A stretch of 64,000 bases of DNA, from the NCBI GenBank assembly GCA_965206595.1, contig OZ242214.1, positions 1,760,001-1,824,000 on the forward strand, in the 5' to 3' direction. The position numbers and the translations under genes were made by a program. Every line of letters begins with the position of its first letter. Within the stretch, counting starts at the first letter, position 1. The notes beneath the pieces are model-generated. The model was not told the origin of the DNA and did no database searches. It was given only the letters and a program-made list of their open reading frames with translations. Shown here piece after piece: positions 38,213 through 48,044 of this stretch. This stretch comes from Candidatus Latescibacterota bacterium (GTDB lineage: Bacteria > Latescibacterota > UBA2968 > UBA8231).

Positions 38213-38855
38213 GACCATCTCCGCCGCGGTTCCGCGGATGCGGGCGGATCTTGCCGCGCTCCGCGAGCAGGTCGAGAAGCATTGCAGCTGCTTCTTCCGG
38301 GTTGCACGACGCCGTGGAGATCACCAGCTCGGGGTTTTCGGGAGGCTCGTACGGGTCCGATACCCCGGTGAAGTTCGGGATGTCACCCGCCCTGGCCTTG
38401 GCGTACAGCCCCTTCGGGTCCCTCTCCTCGCAGAGCTCCACAGGGGTGTGGATGAAGACCTCGAGGAAGTCTCCCTCCCCGAGACTGGCGCGCACATTAT
38501 CGCGATCTTCCCGGTAGGGGCTCACAAAGCTGCTCAACGTGACGATACCGGCATCGACGAATAGTTTACCCACCTCGCCGATGCGGCGGATATTTTCAGC
38601 GCGGTCTGCCGCGGAGAACCCCAGGTTTGAATTGAGGCCGTGGCGGATGTTGTCCCCATCGAGGACGTAGGCGTGGAAGCCCCGGGCGGCGAGCGCGTGT
38701 TCGGCGGTGAAGGCGATGGTGCTCTTTCCGGAGCTGGGAAGTCCGGTGAGCCAGACCAGGACGCCGCTCTGGCCGAGTCGAGCCTCTCGCTGCGGCCTCC
38801 CCACGTGGCCTTCGTGCCAGGTTATGTTGGTTGCTTTGCTCTCAGCCGCTGACAA
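38199..38855 (-). CDS. cysC: Adenylyl-sulfate kinase
   Basis: WLTGLPSSGKST, LDGDNIRHGL, RDPKGLY, FTG.SDPYE.P. Confidence 0.97.
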   Translation of the reverse strand: MSAAESKATNITWHEGHVGRPQREARLGQSGVLVWLTGLPSSGKSTIAFTAEHALAARGFHAYVLDGDNIRHGLNSNLGFSAADRAENIRRIGEVGKLFVDAGIVTLSSFVSPYREDRDNVRASLGEGDFLEVFIHTPVELCEERDPKGLYAKARAGDIPNFTGVSDPYEPPENPELVISTASCNPEEAAAMLLDLLAERGKIRPHPRNRGGDGHVSG

Positions 38856-39050
38856 TTCATTCCTCCTTCGTTTCTGGGGGTCGACGTAAACAAACCGCCG
38901 ACGGAGACTACCGGTCCATATCTGAATTGTAAGGATTCAACCCTTCTGGCGCTGTCTCCCGGCGGGCATGGATAACCCTGCAAGCCCAAGAAGCATGTTG
39001 CCGTTGCCAGGAGTAGGCAGAGCAGTCCCGAGTCCTGCCGGAAACGGGTC

Positions 39051-39794
39051 TTAGGCCACAACGTCCTCTTCGACATCGCCTACGAACGTCCCGGTTTCGG
39101 TGTCGCCGCAGCAGAGGCGGGCGATCGTCGATTTTTCGGCGAAGTCGAAAACGTGAAACGGCAGGTGGTGGTCCCGGGAAAGGATGACGGACTGCTGATC
39201 GACTACGGTGAGGTTGTTGCGCAGGATCGTATCATATCTCATGCGGCGATACATGCGCGCTGACGGTTCCTTCCGTGGGTCGGCCGTGAAGATACCCCGC
39301 GCCCTGTTCTTGGCGAAAAGGAGCCCTTCGCAGCGGGTCTCGAGAGCTCGCTGTGCCGCGGTGTAGTCGGTAGTGACGTAAGGGTTACCGGTGCCGCCGG
39401 CGAAGATGACGATGTAGCCCTTTTCGAGGTGATGAATGGCGCGCAGGCGAATGAACGGTTCGGCGACCGTGTTGACGGGGATAGCGGTCATGACGCGGAC
39501 TTCGACGGATGAGTTGGAGCGCCCTTTGAGGACGCCTCGCAACATCAGGCTGTTTATGATCGTCCCCATCATTCCGATGTTGTCCGCCTCGGCGCGCTCG
39601 ATTCCCCACTGTGCGGCGAGATGGCCGTGAAAGATGTTGCCACCTCCAATTACGATCGAGATCTGCATCCCCCGGGTATGCAGGGCGAGGATCTCGTCGG
39701 CAATATGCTCCAGTGACTCGGGAGAGAATCCGAACTCTCGTTCCCCTGAAACCGCCCGCCCGCTCAGCTTCAACAAGACCCGTCCGTATTTCAT
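39051..39794 (-). CDS. pyrH: UMP kinase
   Basis: RVLLKLSG, VIGGGNIF, AD.IGM..T..N, GGTGNPY.TTD, DP. Confidence 0.88.
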   Translation of the reverse strand: MKYGRVLLKLSGRAVSGEREFGFSPESLEHIADEILALHTRGMQISIVIGGGNIFHGHLAAQWGIERAEADNIGMMGTIINSLMLRGVLKGRSNSSVEVRVMTAIPVNTVAEPFIRLRAIHHLEKGYIVIFAGGTGNPYVTTDYTAAQRALETRCEGLLFAKNRARGIFTADPRKEPSARMYRRMRYDTILRNNLTVVDQQSVILSRDHHLPFHVFDFAEKSTIARLCCGDTETGTFVGDVEEDVVA

Positions 39795-39834
39795 CCAGCT
39801 TGCCCCCCTCCTGGTTTCCAACTGGTTGTGCGCC

Positions 39835-39867
39835 AATAAAAAAGGCCGCCTACAAAAGGCGGCCTTT
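39835..39867 (-). terminator. Rho-independent terminator overlapping the purB stop
   Basis: Minus strand AAAGGCCGCCT-tttgt-AGGCGGCCTTT followed by TTTATT. Confidence 0.7.
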
Positions 39868-41277
39868 CGAAACCTTCCGGGATTCCGGATAGCGTTTGAT
39901 GAGAGCATCGACTTCCGCGTTGAAGCGACTCACCTGGTCGGGGGCACCGCCGACAAAATCGCGATTGTCGATTATCTCCTCTATCTCCCGGGCCGTCAGT
40001 GGAATGCGGTCGTCCTCTCCCAGCCGCTTGACCAGCCCGCTGCCGTCGGCTTCGCGGCCGTCCCGCATGCGCAGGGCCGCGTCGACAGCCAGTTCCCTGA
40101 CCGCCTCGTGGACCTGCTCGCGACCGGCACCCCGTCGCACCGATTCCATCAGCAGGGTGGTGGTGGCAAGGAAGGGCATGTATTTCTCCAACTCCCGTTG
40201 CAGGGCAGCCGGGTAGACCCCCATGTCGTCAACCACGTGCAGGGCGCTTTCGACCATGCCGTCGAAAGCGAAGAAGGAGTCGGGTAAGGCCACCCTGCGC
40301 ACCACGGAGCAGGCGACGTCCCCTTCGAACCACTGGTCGCCGACCATTCCGGCCGCCATCTGCACGTACCCGGAAAGGACAACTTCCAGCCCGTTGATGC
40401 GCTCGCTGCTGCGCGTGTTCATCTTGTGCGGCATGGCCGAGGATCCGACCTGACCTTCGGCAAACCCCTCCGTGGCGGTTTCCGCTCCCGCCATAAGGCG
40501 CAGGGTGCGCGCAAGGTTGGCGATGCCGCCCCCTAGTTGGAAAAGGCAGCTGATGACGTCGAAGTCGAGGCTGCGGGGATAAATCTGGCCCACCGCGACG
40601 AGCTGGCCCCGGAACCCCAGATAGGTGAGCACCATCTGCTGCAGCCGGGAGAGCTTGTCGACGTCCCCTTCGAACAAGGTCAGTTGATCCAGGCCGCTAC
40701 CTACTGCCCCCTGCAATCCGCGAAGGGGGTAGCGCTCGATCAGTTCCTCGAGCCGGCGGAAGGCGATCACCATCTCCTGGCCGAACATGGCCAACCGTTT
40801 GCCCATGGTGGTCGGCTGCGCCGCGGCGTGATGGGTGCGGCCGACGACGACGAGGTTTTGCCACTCGCGGCTGCGCCGGCTCAGTAAATCGAGAAGGTGG
40901 ACGTACTTCGGCGCGATTAGTTGAAGACTTCTGAGGATCTGAAACTGCTCGACATTGTCGGTGAGGTCGCGGCTGGTCATTCCCTTGTGGATCTGCTCGT
41001 GACCGGCCAGGGCGCAGAATTCCTCGATTTTCGCCTTTACGTCGTGCCTGGACTCGGCTTCACGTCGGCGGATCGAAGCGAGGTCGATCTGCTCCTTTGT
41101 GCGCTCGTACGCATCGATAGCTGCCGCGGGAACTTCGAGGCCGAGATCGCGCTGTGCCTTGAGCACGGCAATCCACAGCTCTCGTTCGAGCAGAATCTTT
41201 CCGCGTTCGGACCACAGGCAACACAACGACTGGCTCGCGTAGCGAGAGGCCAGGACGTTGGGGACGCGGTCCGTCAT
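39850..41277 (-). CDS. purB: Adenylosuccinate lyase
   Basis: LASRYAS, RHDVKA, HKGMTSRD, GRTH..AQP, GSSAMPHKMN signature. Confidence 0.96.
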   Translation of the reverse strand: MTDRVPNVLASRYASQSLCCLWSERGKILLERELWIAVLKAQRDLGLEVPAAAIDAYERTKEQIDLASIRRREAESRHDVKAKIEEFCALAGHEQIHKGMTSRDLTDNVEQFQILRSLQLIAPKYVHLLDLLSRRSREWQNLVVVGRTHHAAAQPTTMGKRLAMFGQEMVIAFRRLEELIERYPLRGLQGAVGSGLDQLTLFEGDVDKLSRLQQMVLTYLGFRGQLVAVGQIYPRSLDFDVISCLFQLGGGIANLARTLRLMAGAETATEGFAEGQVGSSAMPHKMNTRSSERINGLEVVLSGYVQMAAGMVGDQWFEGDVACSVVRRVALPDSFFAFDGMVESALHVVDDMGVYPAALQRELEKYMPFLATTTLLMESVRRGAGREQVHEAVRELAVDAALRMRDGREADGSGLVKRLGEDDRIPLTAREIEEIIDNRDFVGGAPDQVSRFNAEVDALIKRYPESRKVSKGRLL

Positions 41278-41481
41278 CGGGCAATCATTGCGATTGTGGT
41301 GTTTCGATGTTGAAGCAGGGATGGGAGAGACGATACGGGAAGCCTGCTTCAGCGATTGTAGGAGGAAGCCTGACTGGAGTCGGTTCCGGGGCGGTCCTTC
41401 GGGGAATGCGGCCACCCTTATGGCAGATAATAATCATTGAAAAAGAAGATCGCCAGCATCCGAAAACGCATCCAAGTTCTG

Positions 41482-42903
41482 TTAGATCAACCCGCAAACC
41501 TGCCAGTAGAGGACGTTCAGGGGACACAGCACCAGGGCAGAGAGAATGGATATGGTCATCATGCAAGCCACGAGCTGTCCCATGGTGAAACCCCCGAACC
41601 CAAGGGCGACCATGAACGGCGCGGACTGGTACGGCAGGAAAACGAGGGTTGTGGCCATGGCGACACTCATGGCAGCGGCCACCGGTGATAGTCCGAGCAG
41701 GCCGCCGAATTCGAGCATGGTCGGGGTCACCACGGCGGCTACCGCGGCGATATCCATCAGGAAATCCAGGGGCAGCACCACCGCGGTTATCGCCAGGTGC
41801 TGCTCCGGAACCGGGAGCGACTCGATGTCGGCGCGGGAAAGCATGTAGTCCAGGGCAAGCCCTGTGAAGCCGCTCTGTTGCAGGATCGTGCCGATCCCGA
41901 AGAGCGCCACGAGGTAGAACAGGAAGGGGAGATTGGCCTCGCGGATCTGACCCAAACGAAGCGGTCCCCACCGCGGCAGAAGGCACACAATCACGAGGAC
42001 GAGTCCTACGTACACGGGGGGCAGATGGTGCAGTGTATCGGTCGCCCACAGCGCTACCCCCGAAAGCAGGATCCCAAGCACGCGGCGCTGGCTTCTGTCC
42101 AGGGGGGGAGCAGGGGTCCTCAGCTCCTGTCCACAGTCGGATGGAGCGAGACGGCGTGCGAACAGGAGCCAGACCACTCCGGCGCAGAGGGAGGTGCGCA
42201 TGACACCGATGACGGGAAACATCCACTGCAGCCACTCCCCCCAGAAGAGAACGCGACCGGTTGCCTCTTCCAATCGTCCGGCGACCACGAGGTTGGGCAC
42301 TGCACCGGTGAGGATGCCACAGCCCCCGTAGTAGGTGCTGCAGACCAGCGACAGCAGAATGGTCGCTTCGAGAAGAGGGTTGTTTTTGCCGCGGCCGCGC
42401 TCGATCAGGGCGACGCCGAAGGGCACCAGAAGCATGACCCGCACGACTCCGGAAGGGATGAGGATCGCGGCGGCCAAGCCCAAGGCGTGAAGTGAAACGA
42501 GCAGGCGAAATCTGCTGCCTCCCAAGAGGCACCTCGCCCTCGCTGCAAGGGCGCGATCGAGTCCCGATGAGCTGAGCGCAAGACTGAGCACCAAGCCAGC
42601 GAATACGAGCCAGACCGCGGGATTGGCAAAGGGCTGAAAAGTCTCCTTGAAGGAGAGCAGCTCTGTCAAAGGCATCAACAGCAGTAGGAGGAGGGAGGTC
42701 AGCTCGATCGGAATCGGCCGCGCGGTCCAAAGGATCACCGCGCAGACGGTCACCCCGAGGGCGCGCTGGGCAGCTGGAGAAAGGAGATCGAAAGGGGCCG
42801 CAAGCCCGGTACCCAGCAGGGCAAGTGCGAGGAGGGATGGGGCAACCTTCCCGATGGAAAAACCGCCTGCGAGCGCCATAGTCGCACGCGACCGGAAACG
42901 CAC
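41482..42903 (-). CDS. SLC13/DASS family (anion:sodium symporter) permease
   Basis: P.P..TSL, F.NP..WL, SGL.R, TGA.PN, PYQS.P motifs; about 12 TMs. Confidence 0.82.
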   Translation of the reverse strand: MRFRSRATMALAGGFSIGKVAPSLLALALLGTGLAAPFDLLSPAAQRALGVTVCAVILWTARPIPIELTSLLLLLLMPLTELLSFKETFQPFANPAVWLVFAGLVLSLALSSSGLDRALAARARCLLGGSRFRLLVSLHALGLAAAILIPSGVVRVMLLVPFGVALIERGRGKNNPLLEATILLSLVCSTYYGGCGILTGAVPNLVVAGRLEEATGRVLFWGEWLQWMFPVIGVMRTSLCAGVVWLLFARRLAPSDCGQELRTPAPPLDRSQRRVLGILLSGVALWATDTLHHLPPVYVGLVLVIVCLLPRWGPLRLGQIREANLPFLFYLVALFGIGTILQQSGFTGLALDYMLSRADIESLPVPEQHLAITAVVLPLDFLMDIAAVAAVVTPTMLEFGGLLGLSPVAAAMSVAMATTLVFLPYQSAPFMVALGFGGFTMGQLVACMMTISILSALVLCPLNVLYWQVCGLI

Positions 42904-42909
42904 TGGGAA

Positions 42910-44118
42910 TTACGGGCGCACCACGGAACCGTCCGCACGCCGGTCCTCGGCGGCGTAACTCGGGCGGGGCCTGTCGAAAAGGGAAGATGCTTTCTCCTCG
43001 TCGATGTCGACGCCGAGCCCGGGGTTGTCGCTGGGATACAGGTACCCCCCTTCGAGCACTGCATGGCCTGGGAAGGCTTCGAGTTCCTCTTCGCTGAAGT
43101 GGTTCTCCTCCTGAATGCCGAAGCTGGGGGAAGCCATATCGAGATGCATCGCAGCCGCCTGGTTCACGGGATCGTTGTCCCCTCCTTCCTGCCAGGCGGT
43201 CTGAACCCCGAAGAATTCGCACAGTGCCGCGATCTTGCGACAAGGGGTGATCCCACCTGCCTTAGACACCCGCACGCGCACGTAGTCTATAAGCCGCTCG
43301 GTGATCAGGGGCACGTACTCGTGAGGGTTGACGAACAGCTCACCCATCGCCTGCGGAGTCGTGCACTGCTCTCGGATCATCCGGAACCAGGCGATCTGTT
43401 CCGGCGGCAGCACGTCTTCGAGAAAGAACAGGCGGTAGGGTTCCAGCAGCTTCGAAAGCGCCACGGCGCTCTGCGGCCTGAGGTGCTCGTGCACGTCGTG
43501 AGTCAGTTTGGGCCCGAAACCGAGCTTCGCCCGGAGGTGTTCGAACATTTTCGGGATGGTTTCCAGGTACGCCTCGTCATCGAAGACCTGGGCGGCCGGC
43601 CAGGCGTCTTTCGGCCGCCCGGCGCGCTCCGACTCGATGAAACCGCCCCCTCCGTACCCGCCCATCTGGCAGCGGACCACGGGATACCCCTCTTCGAGGT
43701 AGCGCTGGATATCGTCGCCGAGGCTCTCGTAATCGTTCCCGCTGGCGTGGGCGTAACAGGGCACAGCGGTGCGGCAGCGCCCACCGAGCAGTTCGAAGAC
43801 CGGCATGCCGGCCTCTTTTCCCTTGATGTCCCACAGTGCCATGTCGATGCCTCCGAGGAGGACATTGAGAATCGAGCTGTTGCGCCAGTAGGCGCTGGTG
43901 TTGGTGCTCTGCCAGATATCCTCGATATCAGCGGCGTCGCGGCCGATCAAACGGGGGGCAACGACCTCTTCCATGGCCGTTACCACGGCAGAAGAGTGGT
44001 GGTAGTCGTTTGCGGAACCGATCCCCCACAAGCCTGGCTGGTCGGTGATCACCTTTACGATGACCCAATGCCCGCCCGCCCGGCTCCTGATGCAGCGAAT
44101 CTCCTTGATCTTTGCCAC
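42910..44118 (-). CDS. Enolase superfamily acid-sugar dehydratase (RspA/ManD-like)
   Basis: IDMALWDIKGK..G.PV..LLGG, HDVHE, FLED, MGE, PGLG. Confidence 0.9.
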   Translation of the reverse strand: MAKIKEIRCIRSRAGGHWVIVKVITDQPGLWGIGSANDYHHSSAVVTAMEEVVAPRLIGRDAADIEDIWQSTNTSAYWRNSSILNVLLGGIDMALWDIKGKEAGMPVFELLGGRCRTAVPCYAHASGNDYESLGDDIQRYLEEGYPVVRCQMGGYGGGGFIESERAGRPKDAWPAAQVFDDEAYLETIPKMFEHLRAKLGFGPKLTHDVHEHLRPQSAVALSKLLEPYRLFFLEDVLPPEQIAWFRMIREQCTTPQAMGELFVNPHEYVPLITERLIDYVRVRVSKAGGITPCRKIAALCEFFGVQTAWQEGGDNDPVNQAAAMHLDMASPSFGIQEENHFSEEELEAFPGHAVLEGGYLYPSDNPGLGVDIDEEKASSLFDRPRPSYAAEDRRADGSVVRP

Positions 44119-44166
44119 TCCTGAAGTGTCCTCCTTGGCTGGGAGCCAGCGTCTGCCGGTTTCTGT

Positions 44167-45429
44167 TTATTTTCCGACGAACAACAGGCTCAATTCCGGC
44201 ACGTACGTAATGACCAACAGGGCCGCCAGCAGAATCCCGAGAAAGGGGAGTGATGCCCGGTAGAGGGTCAGCACGGATTGATCGAAACGAGCGCTGGCGA
44301 TGAAGAGGTTGATGCCCACGGGGGGAGTCGAGTACCCGATTTCGAGATTGGTCAGAAAAATGATGCCGAGATGAATGGGGTGGACATCGTATGCGGCGGC
44401 GATCGGCAGGACCAGGGGGACCACGATAACGAGGGCGGCGAACATGTCGATCATGCATCCGACTGCCAGCAGGAAGAGATTCAGCAGGATGAGAAACAGA
44501 AAGCGACTGGAAATTTCCCCCTGGATGAAGGCCAACAGACGCGTGGGGATCTCGGCGTCGACGACGTAGTTGGTGTAGGCAAGCGCCGCGGCGAGAAGGA
44601 TGAGGATGCTGCCTACGAGGACCATGGTATCGCGCGCGATGGCAGGCAGTTGGCGCAGCGGGATTTCGCGATGGACGGCGACCTCGATTATGAAAACGTA
44701 GAGCGCGCTCAGGGCAGCCGCTTCACTCACTGCGATGTAGCCGCCGTAGATGCCGGCTACTACCACCGGCGGCAGAAGGAGCTCCCAAGCGCCGGCGCGC
44801 ACTGCCCGAAGGGCGCGGGTTGCGGAGAACGCATGCCGCCGGTCCGGTGCAGTTCGCCTCCCGACCATGTAGCTGTAGATCGAAAGGGCCAGTACCAGCA
44901 TGAGGCCGGGAAGGATCCCGGCGACGAACAGCTGGTCTACGGGGGTTTCAGCGACGATGGCGTAGATTATGAGCGGTATGCTTGGAGGAAAGAGCAGGCC
45001 CAGGGATCCTGAGGTCGTCAGCAGGCCGAGGGAAAACCGCTCTGGATAACGGGCGGCTTTCAGGGCCGGATACAGTAGCCCCCCGAGGGCGACGATAGTC
45101 ATTCCCGAGGCCCCGGTGAAAGCCGTCAGCAACGCACAAACTGTCAGGGCCATGATCGCCAGACCGCCCGGAAGCCACCCCAGCAGCTCCTCCGAGAGCC
45201 GCACCAGACGCCGGGCGGCGTCGCTGTGTGAGAGGAGGAAGCCGGTAAAGGCGAACAGCGGTATCGCCGACAGCACCGGGGTGTCGGCGAGCCGGTACAT
45301 CTCGATGAAGAGGATGGTGAGATCGAGCTCGCCGGCCGCAAAGCCGGCCAGGGCCAGCGCGGCGATGATGATGAACAGCGGGGTGCCGGAAGCGGCGAGC
45401 AGGACCGCGGCGAGGGCGGTCACGGCCAT
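44167..45429 (-). CDS. dctM: TRAP transporter large permease
   Basis: AIPLF, GGLA, G.LG.L.PPS.P.I.Y, LF.AG.LPG, TPPVG.NLF. Confidence 0.93.
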   Translation of the reverse strand: MAVTALAAVLLAASGTPLFIIIAALALAGFAAGELDLTILFIEMYRLADTPVLSAIPLFAFTGFLLSHSDAARRLVRLSEELLGWLPGGLAIMALTVCALLTAFTGASGMTIVALGGLLYPALKAARYPERFSLGLLTTSGSLGLLFPPSIPLIIYAIVAETPVDQLFVAGILPGLMLVLALSIYSYMVGRRTAPDRRHAFSATRALRAVRAGAWELLLPPVVVAGIYGGYIAVSEAAALSALYVFIIEVAVHREIPLRQLPAIARDTMVLVGSILILLAAALAYTNYVVDAEIPTRLLAFIQGEISSRFLFLILLNLFLLAVGCMIDMFAALVIVVPLVLPIAAAYDVHPIHLGIIFLTNLEIGYSTPPVGINLFIASARFDQSVLTLYRASLPFLGILLAALLVITYVPELSLLFVGK

Positions 45430-45911
45430 TTATCCGGCGATTTTGCCCGGAGCCAGTTTCTGCAGCCCTGCACTCCGAAGCGGAAGGCGAGGACGGCGAA
45501 GGTAACGGGGAAGATGAGTTGAAGCACCCAGGTTGGCACGGCCAAGTCCCCGGCGGAGCCAAAGGTCCGTTCGTCGTTGACGAAACGCACGGCGAGGTGA
45601 CAGAGAAGGATGCAGGTCCCGCATGCGAACAGAGAACCGAGGCCGTCCGCCCACGCCCGCAGGCGAGGGGGCAGGGCCCGCAGAACAGCGTCTATGCGCA
45701 GATGCCGGCCACTCCGGGCGGCCACGGCCGCGCCGAGGAAACCCGCCCACAACACCAGGTGGCGGATTGCCGGATCCCCCCACAGCAGTGTCAGCCCGAA
45801 CAGGTTGCGCAACAGGATCTCACCCACCGCCAGCAGGACCAGGGAGAATGTCAGGAGGGTGAGGACGCCGTCTTCGATGCGGTGATGCCAGGGAGCCCGG
45901 GGATCTGACAC
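45420..45911 (-). CDS. dctQ: TRAP transporter small permease
   Basis: 4 TMs, W..FLGA..A...G.H.RID; GTG start at 45911. Confidence 0.88.
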   Translation of the reverse strand: MSDPRAPWHHRIEDGVLTLLTFSLVLLAVGEILLRNLFGLTLLWGDPAIRHLVLWAGFLGAAVAARSGRHLRIDAVLRALPPRLRAWADGLGSLFACGTCILLCHLAVRFVNDERTFGSAGDLAVPTWVLQLIFPVTFAVLAFRFGVQGCRNWLRAKSPDKWP

Positions 45912-45915
45912 TTTT

Positions 45916-46983
45916 CTACTCCTCCGGTAGAACCTCGACCTGACGCTTCCGGTATTCCCCAAGATACCTTTGTACCATTTCGTATGATTCGTCGGAGAAG
46001 GCGCGACCTTTGAGCTCGGGCAATGATTGGGCTACAACCTGCTTGAACAGTTCCACCTCCCGGGCGGGAAAGTCCACCGCGACAACGCCGTGGTCGGTTG
46101 TCACCCGCAGGGCATCCTCATTTTCCGAGCGGTTGAGAATCCTCTGTGCGCGGATGTGGCGATCGGAAACCTCCTGGAGGATTTGTTGATGCTCCTCGGA
46201 AAGTTTGGCAAACGCACGGCGGTCGACGAGGAAGGCGCCGAGTACGTAGTTGATCGGCAGGGTCGTAAAGTAGCCGACGCGGGTGAACCACTGGAGCACG
46301 ATCGCCGCGGCCGGTGAGGTGTATACCACTTCGACGAGGCCGGTTTGCAAACCGAGAAGGACATCGGGAATCGACAGCGGCACGGAGGTTACGCCGATCT
46401 TGGCGAACAGGACCTCGCTTACCGGCTCACCCTGCAGCCGCCAGACCTTCAGACCGCGAATGTCGTCTACTCCGGCGATCGGTTGCTGCGAGAAAAGGTA
46501 CACGAAACCGATATCGAACCACCCGAGGAGGATGTAGCCCTTGTCGGCGTACCCGCGTCGATAATACTCCTGGGTCCCGGCAAGGACATGCTCGATCTCG
46601 TCGTAGCCCTGGAACAGGAAGGGGATCTCGAGGGAGAGCATGTCTGGAAAGATCGTGCTGGTGCCGGTTCCCCCGAATCCACCGCCGTGCAGCTGTCCGA
46701 CCCTGATTTTTCGGATCATCACATCCTCGTTACCCTGGACGCCCCCCGGATAGATTTTCAGGCGAACCTTGTTTTTCGTGCGCTCTCGCACCTCGCTGTC
46801 GATGTCGCGCAAGGTTTTCACCCATCCGCTCCCATCCGGGGCCAAGGTGGCGATTTTGAGGGTTTGCCCATGGGCCAGACCCGTCAGGCCGATTGCTATC
46901 GCGGTCGTCGCGGAGATCAGGTGCTTACGTGTGAGGTGGCCTGAGGGCGCTTTGCAGATTGGTGTATTTGGGGTGGTTTTCAC
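45916..46983 (-). CDS. dctP: TRAP substrate-binding protein (TatT-associated P subunit)
   Basis: LKIATLAP.GS.W, YPGG.QG.E, LQTG.V; LKVW in place of the classical LKIR. Confidence 0.9.
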   Translation of the reverse strand: MKTTPNTPICKAPSGHLTRKHLISATTAIAIGLTGLAHGQTLKIATLAPDGSGWVKTLRDIDSEVRERTKNKVRLKIYPGGVQGNEDVMIRKIRVGQLHGGGFGGTGTSTIFPDMLSLEIPFLFQGYDEIEHVLAGTQEYYRRGYADKGYILLGWFDIGFVYLFSQQPIAGVDDIRGLKVWRLQGEPVSEVLFAKIGVTSVPLSIPDVLLGLQTGLVEVVYTSPAAAIVLQWFTRVGYFTTLPINYVLGAFLVDRRAFAKLSEEHQQILQEVSDRHIRAQRILNRSENEDALRVTTDHGVVAVDFPAREVELFKQVVAQSLPELKGRAFSDESYEMVQRYLGEYRKRQVEVLPEE

Positions 46984-47019
46984 AGCTCTTTTCGGGGGAT
47001 CGGTGGTGATACTCAGGTG

Positions 47020-47055
47020 CCCATCTCCGATTCAGCGTGTTGAATCGGAGATGGG
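47020..47055. repeat. 15-bp perfect hairpin between tatT and dctP
   Basis: cccatctccgattca-gcgtgt-tgaatcggagatggg. Confidence 0.7.
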
Positions 47056-47164
47056 AGCTGCTGGCCGCGGCGAGGTGAAGGAGATTTGGTTTGGATGCCC
47101 GCCTTGTGTCGGCGACACAGTGCCAGACCGGGGTCCGCCTTCTCTTTCTAACCCGCTTTTCACT

Positions 47165-48031
47165 CTAGAAAATATCGTCGGTGGCCAGTAGCAGCCTGCG
47201 GGCCTGGCGATGGGCAGCCTCGTTTTGCAGGGTCAGCTCCGGGGCGGAGTCGGCTGGAATGGCGAGAGCCCGCTCCAGCAGAGAGACGTAGAGTTCTCTG
47301 TCGAATTGCTGCACCGCGAAGAACTTGGCCATCTGGACGAAAACAATGGCCGATTGCTCCTCCGTCAATTCCAGGGCGCGCTCAAAATGGAACCGGGCTT
47401 TCTTCGGTTGGCCCCCCAGCATCGGGGGGAGGGCGGCGTGGTAGACGCCAAGAAAGATGTGAGGGCTGCCGTCCTGATATGTCTCGTCCTGTTCCAGCAC
47501 CCATTCCATCAACAGTATGACGCGCGGGAGATCGGCCAGTGCCGCCATCGATCCGGTGTTCAGGCTGATCCATGCTCCCCAGGCGCTCGCTGCCCAGAAA
47601 ACTGCCTCGAGATCCTTCCGGTCGAGGATTTCGCTGATGGTTGCAAAATTCCGGTAGGGCGCATTCAAGAGCGCAGCAGCACGGTCGTTCAGCATCATGG
47701 CGCGGCGACCGAAATCCCTGGCGCGGCTGTATACCCGCAGGGCGCGCTCCGGGTCTTCCGCCTCGACGAGGACACCGTAGCTGGTATATCCCTTTGCAGC
47801 TTCGATCAGGAGTCTGCGATTGTCGGGGTCGTCTTCGATCATTCCCTCGAGCAGCAGCAGAAACGTCGGAATTGCCTGGGAAACGAGCGTGACGTCATCG
47901 TGTTTCGCCGTGGCCGCGGCAACATCGGCCATCAGTGCTTCTGCGAGGCTGCTCCGGGCGTAACCACACCCGGTGGAGGCCAGCGCGGCTAGTACCATTA
48001 GATAGGAGAGAGTCCGGATGTAGCTGTGCAT
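47165..48031 (-). CDS. tatT: TRAP transporter TatT component (TPAT lipoprotein)
   Basis: STGC lipobox; D..L...A.P..L.L.EG....P.N, YSRA..G, P..LGG...A..HFE.A, N..A...A..LL.....F; upstream of dctPQM. Confidence 0.85.
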   Translation of the reverse strand: MHSYIRTLSYLMVLAALASTGCGYARSSLAEALMADVAAATAKHDDVTLVSQAIPTFLLLLEGMIEDDPDNRRLLIEAAKGYTSYGVLVEAEDPERALRVYSRARDFGRRAMMLNDRAAALLNAPYRNFATISEILDRKDLEAVFWAASAWGAWISLNTGSMAALADLPRVILLMEWVLEQDETYQDGSPHIFLGVYHAALPPMLGGQPKKARFHFERALELTEEQSAIVFVQMAKFFAVQQFDRELYVSLLERALAIPADSAPELTLQNEAAHRQARRLLLATDDIF

Positions 48032-48044
48032 GAGGATTCCTGAG

